DNA of 61,954 nucleotides, counting the filler, from Globobulimina sp. (taxonomy: Eukaryota), in the NCBI GenBank assembly GCA_003354225.1. It is 27 parts of 27 records of this genome, joined end to end, with 100 filler letters (N's around TTAATTAATTAA, not from the genome) between each part and the next. Parts side by side here need not be neighbours in the genome. Positions count along the whole stretch, not along the records: positions 50,570 to 52,766 come from PIVH01008255.1; positions 52,867 to 55,063 come from PIVH01008256.1; positions 55,164 to 57,360 come from PIVH01008257.1; positions 57,461 to 59,657 come from PIVH01008258.1; positions 59,758 to 61,954 come from PIVH01008259.1; 22 more parts are not named here. One strand, given 5' to 3'. Both the position numbers and the translations under genes were made by a program. Of the stretch, positions 50,570-61,954 are shown piece after piece (position 1 is the stretch's first letter; every line of letters begins with the position of its first letter). The notes below the pieces were generated by a model. That model ran no database searches and was not told the DNA's origin. It was given only the letters and a program-made list of their open reading frames with translations.

Positions 50570-52766
50570 GGCAGAGAATAAAACCCTAAAATCTGAAATT
50601 ATTAAATATAGAGAAATAATATTACATAATAATGCTATGTTGAAGGACTTAACTAATATAGTTAATGCACATATATTGTCATGCTCACGGTCTGTTAAAA
50701 TGGTAAATGCCAAAATGCAAACTGATAATACAGCTTTACCTATACCTATACCGAAACCTAATATAACTAATACTGAGATGCATAGACCAGTAGAGATTCA
50801 TGAACCTGAGGCTATGTCTAATATAGATATAGGTGCATCAGATAATGAAAGATCAATAAAGCCTGATACAGATGTTACTTTAATCACAATATTAAAAAAA
50901 TACCTCGATTCCATTAGTACATTATTTACCAATGAATTGGAGATTATGGAGATGTGTTGGGAACTAAATCTAGATATATTTATTCAGTATATGGAAGGAA
51001 CTGAAACTGAAGTGGAAAAGCAAACAAACAACGAACGAAGAAAATTGTTTATAGAAGATTTATGTAGAAGAAAAATATTAAAAAATATGGCAAAATCGGA
51101 CGAAGAAAAAATGCAAATATACAGGAAGAAAAAGGAAGAAATTATGAAAGAAGAAATTTGTGAAGAAATCTGTAAAGAGGAAACGTCAATTACAGATGAC
51201 GATATATTACGATCATATAACTACAAGAAAACCGTAAATACGGAACCTTGTAGTTCGGGATCAGGCACTACTGATATGACTGATATGAATAATATATATG
51301 CAAAATTAGAGACAGCACCGAATATAGTAGGCCCAGATATATGACAATTAAAGAAAACCGATATACCAATAAATTTAATACCAATATCAGAATCCAAATC
51401 CAACAATGGAGATGGTGATCTGAAATCTAAAAATACTAATGCAAAACCAAATATTGGGGAAATATCTGAGATATCAATAAATACCAATCATTCAATACCG
51501 AAACCAATGCCAAATGTGTCTCAATCAAAGCCAAGTTCAAAGAAAATACCATTTTCCAGTTCAAAACAAAACCAAGATGATGTTAAAAGAAATAATGATT
51601 ACATAACTTTAGATTTATTATATACCAATGCCTGTTCTATAAAAGGCAAAATTGATATTATTAGGGATAACATAGATGAAATAAAACCAGATTTATTGTG
51701 TTGTGTTGAAACTAAATATAAAAATGCATTAGACATACATAAAATTCAAAATTATGATAGTTTTCATAAAATGCAATATGGTAATTCAACTGGTGGAATA
51801 AGTATATGGGCTAAGGAAAACCTAAAAACAACCAAACTCGAAATCGACAATACGGATGATGAAATATCAACAAATTACTTATGGGTGTTATGTCAAAATA
51901 AGGGTAACACTGCTATATGCGTGGTATACCTAAAAAACCAAAGCGACCCAAATGCTAGAACCACTAATACCACTATTTGTCAACGATTAATTCAACACAT
52001 TAATTGGTGCAGAATGCAAAGATATAATGTATCTATAATCGGAGATTTTAATGCTCATATTGGTAATGATGAGGAAGGAATTACTGGAAACCATGATGAA
52101 ATTAATAATAACGGATTCATAGTAAGAAACTTTATCAAAGAATCGAGCTTAAATCTTGCAAATGAAAACCTGAATACAAAAGGATTATGGACTTGGGGTA
52201 AAAACAGGAAAAATACCAAACCACAAACTTTAGATTTATTATTATTAAGTGAAAAAGTAGACTTATTGAATATGGAAATTGATGAAGATAATATAAAATA
52301 TGGTAATGGAAATAAAGATCACTGCTTTATATATGGAAAAATGTCAATTATAGATAAACCAAAAATACCCATACAACATACTGAGAAACAAAAATGGAAA
52401 ATAAATGATGAAACCGATTGGAATGCATATAAATCCTATATGAAAAACCATATAAAATCTATAAATTTGGAAACAATTAACGAAGAAGAAATTATACAAA
52501 TTAATAAGAATACCGGTGAAGAAACTATAGGATATAAAAATATCAAAATTTATAAGAAAAAATTATCAAAAAAATACGTAAACTTAAAGAAGATATTCGT
52601 ATTTTACGAAAACAATTAAGACAAGGATCTGATACTATGCAAATAAAACTAACCGAATTATTTACTAAAATTAAGGAAATAAAGCAAATAAATTTAAGAG
52701 CGGAAATGGCAAGAATCGAAAAGGCTCATAAAAAATGGATAAAAAATCCAAGAAGAAAATTTCACC
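50570..52766 (+). mobile_element. Non-LTR retrotransposon (LINE): ORF1-like region and APE endonuclease; RT lies beyond the contig end
   Basis: YTNACSI, CVETK, GGISIW, GDFNAHIG, WTW, LDLLL and KDH motifs. One in-frame TGA at 51342 and a frameshift in the A-run near 52570. Confidence 0.88.
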
Positions 52767-52866
52767 NNNNNNNNNNNNNNNNNNNNNNNNNNNNNNNNNN
52801 NNNNNNNNNNTTAATTAATTAANNNNNNNNNNNNNNNNNNNNNNNNNNNNNNNNNNNNNNNNNNNN

Positions 52867-53172
52867 ACGAGACAGAATTATGAATTGAGTGAGCAATTTA
52901 ATTTCGAGAGAAATAAGTTGAGTGCGGATTGGAAGGCGGAGAAGGATGAAATAGTTCGGTTTTATGAGCAAAAAAGTGAAGAAATCAGGAGATTGAATGA
53001 GGAGAAGGATAAATATTATAATCAATGGAAAGGGAATGAAGGGAAATTAAATAGGAAAAGAAAGGAAATTAAGAGATTGAAAAGTAAAAACAAAGAGATG
53101 CAAATGATTGTTACTGCGCCTCCGGCATCGACGACACGGTGTTATTCAGTTGTGGATTGGTTTAAATTGTGA
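52867..53172 (+). CDS. Coiled-coil C-terminus of a truncated gene
   Basis: Open frame, K/E-rich. Confidence 0.5.
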   Translation, partial: TRQNYELSEQFNFERNKLSADWKAEKDEIVRFYEQKSEEIRRLNEEKDKYYNQWKGNEGKLNRKRKEIKRLKSKNKEMQMIVTAPPASTTRCYSVVDWFKL

Positions 53173-53249
53173 TACATTAATTATAGTATATAATATATAT
53201 TATTGTTTTGTTTTGTTATATTTATGTTCAACGACCTTCAGATTCATAT

Positions 53250-54145
53250 CGATATTCTGGCTCTTGGTGTAATGCCATATTATCTCAACGATGCTCCCCA
53301 CACTACTTCTTTCTTTATTATATCCATAGAGCACTTGTTTCAATGTACTTGTTTCCTCCTTATTATTAATGCATCGCCCATTCCTTTGCTGGTCGATCCA
53401 CATATTCCACCATACTCTTACATTGATAATCCAATAAATCCATTATAATCTGAATTAGCGGCTTCTTTGTCATACAAACTAATTCATACAACAACTCTGG
53501 CAATCTATGCTTAGCATCATTTAGCAAATATTTCTCCATCACGTCATCTCATGCAAATAAAGGTTCGTGGCATTGATATTTTATGCGTTTCTCCATATTT
53601 ATCCATTAAAATATTATTTTCAACCAATTCATTTTCTGTATATTTTACATACCACACCCAATTAAACAAAACATTAATTGTCATCTGATCCTTTATAATA
53701 ATCACGAAATTTATACAATGGATTGGTTGTTAAATAATATTTTAAATTGCATTGTGGATCGTTATTAGCTGCCATCTGCACCAATTATTAAATCACAATC
53801 AAACGATGTGTTTCATCAATGGTTTGTTTGCCATGTTATGATTGACGGAGATATTTGATAATTATTTACCAAAATAAAGTTGTGAGTTATTTTCTATTTT
53901 CTTCAACAATGAACAATATAAATTATCCCACGCTGTTTGCCTTTCGTTCAACATCTTTATGCAAAATAGGATGTAATATATTAAATGTCTCAAGATATTT
54001 CATTCCTGGATCGAGTTCTTAAAATAATTCCTGCGCCTTTTCTATCTGTATTAACTTTTTCAAACATATGAACATTGCGACCAAGTGATTGTAATGCTAT
54101 TCCTGAACATAAACCGCTCAAAGAAGTACCGTCATTTTTTGTCAT
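53250..54145 (-). pseudogene. Decayed FAD-dependent monooxygenase (2,6-dihydroxypyridine hydroxylase-like)
   Basis: GTSLSGLCSGIALQSLGRNVHMFEK...GAGII, TAWD, DLIIGADG and NWVWY, interrupted by many stops and frameshifts. Confidence 0.75.
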
Positions 54146-54381
54146 CATCACAAACTAACTGTTTTTCCCAGAAAATCTTGCTCCTAATTTAACTACGTTA
54201 GATCCTTCAGAAAGATCATTATATTATGCCGCAGAATAATTTACCAAACTTTATTATTTTAACTGATATTAAGAACTCATTGAACACAGTAAATCTTATT
54301 CCAATTCAGAATATAATTCCAATAAACACAAATATAGCCACATTATTGCATCGATATCTAACTACTATTCCAACCATCACA

Positions 54382-54936
54382 ATGCAACCAACAATATCTC
54401 CAGTATCAGCACAATCTGTCGTATCTCCTGTATTTGCATCTGGCGCTCCGAAACAATCTTTCAAATGTAACTATCCACAAAAACTCCAGATTTGCGGTTC
54501 AGATGGCAGCTATTCTGGAAAAGTTCAGCTTACAAACACATTGAAAGAAAAACGGAGGCATGTTTTTGATATCTGATTTATTGAAACACACTCTGTTCAG
54601 AATTAAAATATACAATTTGCGACAGTTCAAACTTTCCAAAACCATACAAATGCTGTGTTTGTTTCAAATCATTCTCAAAGAAATATTTGATGGTAAAACA
54701 TAAAGAGATTCATAGTTACGTAAAATGCATTGCATAATATCTGAAATTGAATTGTTAATTATAACACATCGAATAATATTTCAGATGGAGTAAAACCGTA
54801 TGTTTGCACCATTTGTCACAGCTCGTTTGCATCAAAAATTAGACAAAATAACCATATGAAAGTTAGACATCCAATGGTTTATGAAACAAGAATTAAATAT
54901 CGATTCTCAAATAAACGACCCTCGTTGGAGGGATAG
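54382..54936 (+). CDS. C2H2 zinc-finger protein, spliced
   Basis: KPYKCCVCFKSF...HKEIH|intron|GVKPYVCTICHSSF...NHMKVRH; 5' exon structure uncertain. Confidence 0.75.
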
Positions 54937-54960
54937 AGTGTATACTATATGTTATTTGAT

Positions 54961-55063
54961 TTGAAACAGATTGCTTTTGGAGGGCTATTTATGAAACAGA
55001 TTGGTTTTTAGAGGGCTACTTTTCATAAATGAGCCCTCTAAAAACCAATCTGTTTCATAAATA
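54961..55063. repeat. Tandem-plus-inverted repeat (32-bp perfect arms) at the contig end
   Basis: TATTTATGAAACAGATTGGTTTTTAGAGGGCT / AGCCCTCTAAAAACCAATCTGTTTCATAAATA, preceded by a degenerate direct copy. Confidence 0.85.
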
Positions 55064-55163
55064 NNNNNNNNNNNNNNNNNNNNNNNNNNNNNNNNNNNNN
55101 NNNNNNNTTAATTAATTAANNNNNNNNNNNNNNNNNNNNNNNNNNNNNNNNNNNNNNNNNNNN

Positions 55164-55549
55164 AACGTTTCTCATTTCCAGAGTGTTGGTGTCCACCCAA
55201 ATATTGCTTCAATTCAATTAATTCTTCTTTGTTTGACTACATATATATTAGTATTACAATAATCAAATACCATTTCATTCTTGAGACAAACATTAGTTGT
55301 CATGATCGAAACATGTTTTACAAAGTAAATTTTGACTTGCTCAAATTTACAAACTATTTAAAAGCATGCTGTCGTCAGGCAAAGGTTTGTCGGCGTGATA
55401 ACGACATGGATTATGGCAATGGGCAATGGGCAATGAGAAGATGCTATGACTGGATTATGCGCAACAGACTGCCAACACAAATTTATTATAATGTCAATCA
55501 AGAAAAACGAAAAGAAACATTTGAATCACATGTAAAATTTATAAAATAA
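55164..55549 (+). CDS. C-terminal part of a hypothetical protein convergent with the transposase
   Basis: 106-codon ORF; no family recognised. Confidence 0.35.
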
Positions 55550-55685
55550 TTAATAATTAATTGAATCACATGTAATAATATGACAATACTGAATATAAAT
55601 ATAATAAAAATCAAATAAATACAAATAATAACATATCAAATAATATCAATAATATAATAAGACATATATGCAATGCAACAATGGA

Positions 55686-57360
55686 TTATTTACGTAGAAA
55701 CACCTCAGATCCTGAAGTGTATGTCGATGGTTTGGATTTTGCTAAATCATATTTATTTTGATGTTTTTTTAAATTCCGTTCATGCGATTTGGCCCACTCA
55801 GTTACATGATCTCTATCTAACATTTGTCTGAAAAACCATTTTTTATGTTTTGTGGCTAAATGTATTCCATAAGATTTTAATTCTTTCAGTAGATGAATAT
55901 ATGGTTGATTCCATTGTAAAACACCTCTAGAAACAGCATGTTCGTATGATAATGGTCCTAAATATCGTTTTTTATGTGCATATCCATTGATTACTTTATT
56001 ACAGGCTTCATTTAAAGATGTACATCCCGGATGCAATAAAATCTCAATCAAAGTATCATCCAATACATCATTATATAAATAATCCGAAAATAATGATCCA
56101 ACACCGAGTGGTAACTCCGATTTTAATGCAGCTGATTTGTTATTTGCTTCACCAAAAGCTGTTTTACACCAAAAATATTGTCGTGAAAAACAGTTAGTAT
56201 GATATTTATCATTTGGCATATAATGGGTGAGTACTTTATCAATTTCATGTTTTGCAGTATCAATGTTTTGAATATTATCATTATGGAAAGAATACTGAAA
56301 TATTCTATCTGTAACTAAACGACTGAATTTTTCAGTGAATCCAGCAATTTTATAGCCATCAGCATTGGTCCAATCATACAATTTTTTGAATTTGAAAACT
56401 TTTGGAGCAAAATTCTTTTTTATATGCGCTTTATCAGCACTTAATTGAATGGGATCTAAGGTGGATGTAATATTATTATTTTGATTTATTTTTGCACATA
56501 ATTTAGGTATTTTGGAATCACCATCAACGGATATATTATTTAGATGGATTCCTCGTGACTGTAAATATGTAATTCCATGAGATAACATCACTGGTTCCAT
56601 ATTTCCCGAGGCTTCATTGATTGGAAAGTTATAGCCTTTGGATTTTGTATCAAAAAGTATGACTTTTCCCGTGTTTCTATCAATGAAAGTTACTAAGCCA
56701 TTTCTAGAGTTTCTAGAATAAATTTTATTATGCCATGATCCATCAAATCCAACCGCACAGCATTTATATTTATAATAATATTCATCGGAATACTTATATT
56801 TTATAGGTTTACGGAGACAAAAAATAGGAACAGTTTCATCGGATTTTTGGATTGGAACTAATGTAGTTTTATAGCATTTTTTGGTGGATTTATATATAGA
56901 ATCAATTTGATTATCACACTCTGTATTTGCCTGAGATATTTTGCATTTTGCGACGACATTATCAACTCTGAAATAGAAATTAATAGTTTAGGATCGGAAA
57001 AAAAACTTTGAGACAGAAACACAGAACAAACTTTGAGAATGTCGATCCACCAATCAATGGTAATCTCAATATGGATTGTAATTTGGTTATTGGACGGCGC
57101 TTTACATGTAACTCATTGGCAGAGATAACAAATGATATATCCAATTGATTCAAAGTAAATTTTTCATCGTCAATGGATATATCTACATTTTTATGTGATA
57201 ACTCCGACGCTAAAACATGACCGCATGAGGAACAATAACATACAGAATATCTTCCAGTGTGTGCAGGTTTATATTCACATCGGATTTTGATATATGAAAC
57301 AGATTGTTTATGGCTGACATCGGAGTTTTGTAGATGTAAAGCGAAATTAATTTGAGCTGT
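55686..57360 (-). mobile_element. Mutator-like (MULE) DDE transposase with one intron, 5'-truncated
   Basis: CSSCGH; VGFDGSW (D1), IDRNTGKVI, SGNMEP, VDGDSK (D2), DKAHIKKN, TSLNEACN (E), KKRY and GVLQWN. GT-AG intron 56968-57031 restores the frame. Confidence 0.85.
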
Positions 57361-57512
57361 NNNNNNNNNNNNNNNNNNNNNNNNNNNNNNNNNNNNNNNN
57401 NNNNTTAATTAATTAANNNNNNNNNNNNNNNNNNNNNNNNNNNNNNNNNNNNNNNNNNNNTGTAATGAGGTCATATTTCTATGGTCCTGTCAACGTTAAA
57501 TATCTTTTGTCA

Positions 57513-57743
57513 TTACCAATGTATATCGGGTCTCAGTTCTGATAATGTGAAATGAGTTTTAAAGAATGGATGACTCATAACACTTTTCGCACCGGGTTTA
57601 CTTATCTGACCGCGTAAAAACCACATTTGAATAGTTTGCTCTGTGACTTTGAGCTCATTTGCTATATGAACTTTCTTGCCTTCAGATAATTTAAGCAACT
57701 TTTCAAGCGCTGCTTTTTTCTTATCCTTGTACAGATTGTCCAT
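57513..57743 (-). CDS. Phage Cro/YdaS-like HTH regulator
   Basis: IANELKVTEQTIQMW HTH, C-terminal ELRPDI, AGGAG RBS. Confidence 0.8.
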   Translation of the reverse strand: MDNLYKDKKKAALEKLLKLSEGKKVHIANELKVTEQTIQMWFLRGQISKPGAKSVMSHPFFKTHFTLSELRPDIHW

Positions 57744-57900
57744 CTTTAATCTCCTTTATATTTAGAATTGTGCGAATTATTTTAGTACGACGAGCCGCTG
57801 CCATTGCAATCTTCTTATTAATAGCAACTACTTCACGATGTACTCTTTTATTATCATAGTTAATGCCTGTGACCATAAATGTTTTTGCTTTGTTTTCCAT
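57721..57900 (-). CDS. Small phage hypothetical protein (59 aa, MENKAKTF...)
   Basis: GAGG RBS; overlaps the start of the Cro-like gene. Confidence 0.6.
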   Translation of the reverse strand: MENKAKTFMVTGINYDNKRVHREVVAINKKIAMAAARRTKIIRTILNIKEIKDGQSVQG

Positions 57901-57909
57901 GTTACCTCT

Positions 57910-58104
57910 TTATTGTTGTTTTTCTTTAATGAGTTCGACTCTATCCTCAAGATGTTTATATCCTAGCACACATCCCGCAGCTAGACCGACTGCTATCGGT
58001 GTCAATACTAACCCAATAACAAAAGAAATGACACCGATACTTGTACTATATATTAAATAAATTAGTGTAAGTATTGACATGAGTGCATTTTTTAATGTAT
58101 TCAT
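57910..58104 (-). CDS. Small phage membrane protein
   Basis: 64 aa, hydrophobic, purine-rich RBS. Confidence 0.6.
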   Translation of the reverse strand: MNTLKNALMSILTLIYLIYSTSIGVISFVIGLVLTPIAVGLAAGCVLGYKHLEDRVELIKEKQQ

Positions 58105-58146
58105 ATTTTTCTCTTCTCTTTATAGCAAATTCACAATTGAAACGTT

Positions 58147-58219
58147 AATATAACACGAAAAATAAATTATGTTAAATGTTTATTTAAGTGTTTACATTTC
58201 GGTTTGCATGAATTACTAT
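58147..58219. promoter_or_regulatory. Divergent sigma70-like promoters
   Basis: Plus strand TTTACA-17-TACTAT (58191-58219); minus strand TTAACA-17-TATATT with TG extension (about 58175-58147). Confidence 0.55.
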
Positions 58220-58275
58220 TATCCTGTCGATACGACTTAACTAAAAAATCTTTCATAACAGAGGAATAATAATCA

Positions 58276-58995
58276 ATGTCTAAATTATCAGTATTAGCTC
58301 AAGCAATCGGTTCAGTAACAATCGGACGTTCACGCACAGTTAACCTTGGCAACTACGAATCAGAATCAGTCAACGTTTCAGTGACTGTTCCGGTAGATGC
58401 TGATTATCAAGCAACTTACAACGATGCTGTTGAGTTCGTTGAAGAACAGCTTGCAAGCGAGGTTGCTAAAATCGGCGGTAAATCAATCAATAAAGTTGCG
58501 TCAAAACGCATTGAAAAAGAATCTTTAACAGTTGATAAAACTGAGCCTGAAGAAAAAGTTGAAGAAACTAAACAACCGTTAGTAGCCACCAAAGATGTTC
58601 GTGCTGCACTTAAGTCAGTTAAAGATGACATCGGCAACGATGAATATAAAGCAATCCTTTCTGAATTCGGCGTAAAATCATTCGGTGCTCTTGAAGAAGA
58701 CAACTTCCCAGATGTAATGACTGCCTGTGAACTTGCTCATCAAAAAGATGCTGCTGCCAAAGACAACGTATCCGGCGGCGATGACGACTTAGGCGATGAC
58801 GACTTAGGTGATGACGACTTAGGTGAAGAAGCACCGGCCGTAATCACGCTTGAAGAATTTAAAGCTGCACTCAAACAATATAATGCAGACAACGGTGCAG
58901 GTGCTCATAAACAGGTTCTTGCTAAATTCGATTGTAAAGGTGTAGCCGATGTTGATGCATCTAAATATGCTGAAATTGTTGCCGAACTAGTTTGA
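58276..58995 (+). CDS. Acidic phage protein with two small helical repeats, of the type found upstream of Cas4-like/SSB/PolA replication modules
   Basis: GAGG RBS; duplicated V/F..AL...IL..F..K....L/V....Y/F domain; (GDDDL)x3 linker. Confidence 0.75.
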   Translation: MSKLSVLAQAIGSVTIGRSRTVNLGNYESESVNVSVTVPVDADYQATYNDAVEFVEEQLASEVAKIGGKSINKVASKRIEKESLTVDKTEPEEKVEETKQPLVATKDVRAALKSVKDDIGNDEYKAILSEFGVKSFGALEEDNFPDVMTACELAHQKDAAAKDNVSGGDDDLGDDDLGDDDLGEEAPAVITLEEFKAALKQYNADNGAGAHKQVLAKFDCKGVADVDASKYAEIVAELV

Positions 58996-59115
58996 AGTCT
59001 TAACGTAAATACAGACGAATACACACGATTCTGTAAATACCTTAACAATACATTTTGCAACGAAACAGTCGATGCAATTTGGTTTAAAATAATTCCTTTT
59101 TAATTGGAGAACAAC

Positions 59116-59657
59116 ATGGCTAGAGATGAAGTAAAGTTATCAGCAGCTGAATCAGCAGATTCACCAGAAGTACATCCATCAGGTGGTGACGGAGTTTGGT
59201 TAGAAAACAGCGGTGGTGAAATAATCGTGTTTAACGAAGAACTGATGAATAAGCAAGCAGACCTCGGTGATGCGACAGCGCTTTCTATTCGTGCTTTGCT
59301 TAAATACCACAAGGTGGACTTAGTGTTAAATAGAAACAGGGCATACCCACATTTAATAGATGAGATAGACAAGGATGCTATTGGTATGCTAAAGATATGC
59401 ACGGGGTTTGTTCCGCCTAATGCAAAATATGGTGTTGCATTGTATTGTCATAAGGCTTGTAGTATTAGACCACGGCCGGGACAGGCTAAACGTGTAGAGG
59501 TTATACCAACAGATCCAAGCCTTAATAACAAGAGCTACCCATTTAGGTTTTCTGAGCATGAGGTGTTAGCTTGTTTAAGAATGGCAAAAGGCCTAATTCC
59601 CGAAAGCGAACGCCTTTCAGATATGACGCTACACTGCAAACCCATTGGAAAAGCCAG
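59116..59657 (+). CDS. Phage hypothetical protein, 3'-truncated
   Basis: GGAG RBS at 59106; open to the contig end. Confidence 0.65.
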
Positions 59658-59757
59658 NNNNNNNNNNNNNNNNNNNNNNNNNNNNNNNNNNNNNNNNNNN
59701 NTTAATTAATTAANNNNNNNNNNNNNNNNNNNNNNNNNNNNNNNNNNNNNNNNNNNN

Positions 59758-60799
59758 TTTTATAACCTGAATTTGCATTTTGTGCATTTGTATTATTTGT
59801 ATTTTGATTGGTGTTATAATTTGCATCATCTCTTCTTCCCCTATAACTTCTACTGGACGGATGCCAGCCTCTTCTATTACCTCTGCCATTGCCATTATTG
59901 CCTCTTCTATTGCCATGTCGACCTATTCTATCGCCTCTACCATGATCATTATTGCCATTATAACCTGAATTTGCAGTTTGTGCATCATCACCATCATCAC
60001 TTCTTGATTTAGCCTCTATATTTTGATCAGGTACTATATTTGGTAACGAATTCATTTCCTGGTCCATCCATTTTGCAACGATTAACAGATTCTCTGTCAT
60101 ATCTTGGCATTCTGTTTCCGATACATGTGGTCCAATAGCACTACCTACAGGAGCTGGGTGTGACAGTTTATTGCCAAGCACACGAACAAACTGCATTGCT
60201 ACCTCACAACTCTCCTCCATTAAGTTATATCTTCTTAGCTCTCCAATCATAACCACCAATGGCATACGGTTTGTATCAACACCTTGTCTATGTAACGATA
60301 ACTTACATACAAATTCCGCAAACAATCGGCAATTATTACCAAATGTTACCATACCCCATTCTGAGTTAAAGTGTAATCTTGCTACTTGCTTATAACCAGC
60401 AAGAGCATATTGTAGATACATTCCTAATCTTTGCGTATCAGCACTTTCTTCTGTACTACGCCATTCTGTATATAATAATTCTATCGCAGAGATCACTGTT
60501 TCTTCATCATCAACATCTGTGGTACTTGTAGAATTTATCACTTTTTCTTCATTTGATGCATCGGACAAATCTCCATTTGCGGCATCGGAAAAATCTTCAT
60601 TTGCGGCATCGGAAAAATCTTCATTTGACAAATCTTCATTTACATCATATGATGAATCTGAAGCATTATCTTCTTCACTCGTTGTTCTTTGGCTGATACT
60701 AAATTTTTCTATACGTTCGGTAACGGCGGTAAGTGCTGAAATATTCAGTTTGTTAACGTCGCAAGGCGGTGGATGTTGTTTTTCTTCAATGTCAGTCAT
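59758..60799 (-). CDS. Hypothetical protein with NEDFSDAA repeats and an N/G/R-rich tail, 3'-truncated
   Basis: Intronless ORF; 24-bp tandem repeat at about 60550-60640. Confidence 0.7.
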
Positions 60800-60850
60800 T
60801 TTGACACTTTTAGTAACGCGTTCTAGTCACTTCTAGTGAAATGATTCAAA

Positions 60851-61954
60851 ATGAATGACAACAGTTTTATACTTACATATAAACCAAAAGCAAGAACTGA
60901 GACATCTTCATCAAACCAACAAAAAGTAAAGTATAATCCCAAAAAACCATCACGAATATCAGCATATCCATACAATGTAACCACATCAATACCATCATTA
61001 ACCCAAACATCTACATCACCCACAACTAGCATTCCAGCGCAATCAACTCGTGCTCGCAAACAAATAAATGGTAATATAGTAACTCCCGAACATATAAGAA
61101 ATAAAAAATTACCATCACCGCCACCGGCAACCACCAAAAGCACAAAAACAGTTTCATATAACTCCGAGTACTATGGCAACATAATCACCTCTGTACATCA
61201 TATGAGTGGCGAACCTGTATTAATACCACGCAGATTTAATCACGACATGAGAATATATCATAACATTTATGAACCAACGAACAATACATCCGACATAACC
61301 TATATACCATGGAACAGCACCAGTATATATCACAAACCCTTGCCATATAATAAGCCTTTACCTGCAATAAAACCTAAAATGATCTCCTTCACCGACGGCA
61401 AGGAAGACGACGACGATGATATCTCAGAAAACGATATCTATGAAGCAAAAATGGATCAAATCATCGACAAACTTTCATTGATAAACCTCCGGAGGAACAG
61501 TGCACCGCACATTGAAACCCCAGTCAGTAACAATTACAACACCAATTATCAAAACAGAATGAATATAAATTTCACAAACAACAATAATTACCAACATAGA
61601 CGAAATATGATGCATCAAATAGGCAATGCGTCAGAAATAATTGTCAGTAAACGTCAATTACCACCTCCGCCGCCAAAAAAAAACAAAACTTTGGTAGCGC
61701 CAATGATTATGCTCCCAAATAACCAGAATATTCTAAATATAAATGACAATGATGCAGCAAAACCAGACAAGAAAGTGGTGAGAAAGAGAAGGAACAGTGA
61801 CACGATTGTATACACTCCGACTGCGTCCACTGTGATCGATGATTATTCATTCATGGAGAATATATCTCAATTCTCGCCACCTATCACGCACAGACGCAGT
61901 AAGTATACGTATGACAATCTGCCAAAGCAAATTAATGTGAATGCCATTGATTTG
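60851..61954 (+). CDS. Pro/Thr/Asn-rich disordered protein, 3'-truncated (absent from ORF track)
   Basis: Manual translation MNDNSFILTYKPK... is open for 368 codons to the window end. Confidence 0.7.
   Translation, partial: MNDNSFILTYKPKARTETSSSNQQKVKYNPKKPSRISAYPYNVTTSIPSLTQTSTSPTTSIPAQSTRARKQINGNIVTPEHIRNKKLPSPPPATTKSTKTVSYNSEYYGNIITSVHHMSGEPVLIPRRFNHDMRIYHNIYEPTNNTSDITYIPWNSTSIYHKPLPYNKPLPAIKPKMISFTDGKEDDDDDISENDIYEAKMDQIIDKLSLINLRRNSAPHIETPVSNNYNTNYQNRMNINFTNNNNYQHRRNMMHQIGNASEIIVSKRQLPPPPPKKNKTLVAPMIMLPNNQNILNINDNDAAKPDKKVVRKRRNSDTIVYTPTASTVIDDYSFMENISQFSPPITHRRSKYTYDNLPKQINVNAIDL

Overview
This window is not one locus. It is 27 unrelated contigs of 2,197-2,201 bp, sorted by decreasing length and joined by a 100-nt artificial spacer (44 N + TTAATTAATTAA + 44 N), so adjacency across spacers means nothing. 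Most contigs come from an AT-rich, gene-dense eukaryote with short GT-AG introns (about 40-140 nt). Recognisable genes include a G-alpha, a 7TM-RGS, an Arf, CAP-Gly proteins, PNKP, leishmanolysin, an ARM-villin headpiece protein, a ferric reductase/NOX and an SGNH hydrolase. The gene style resembles Foraminifera/Rhizaria (inference). Mobile DNA includes a copia relic, a LINE, an intron-containing Mutator-like transposase, a TA-flanked MITE and a virus-like AEP primase/D5 fragment. Phage DNA occurs in contig 26 and in the first 540 bp of contig 16. The best leads are: (1) a LINE whose two ORFs are in frame across a single TGA-CAA-TTA leaky-stop context; (2) two contigs that look like gene-sized circles or tandem units; (3) a G-alpha lacking both catalytic residues and carrying an insert; (4) a phage M15 peptidase with TAA at a conserved Gln, fused to a eukaryotic gene at a GATC. 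All family calls come from motif recognition by eye, not database searches.
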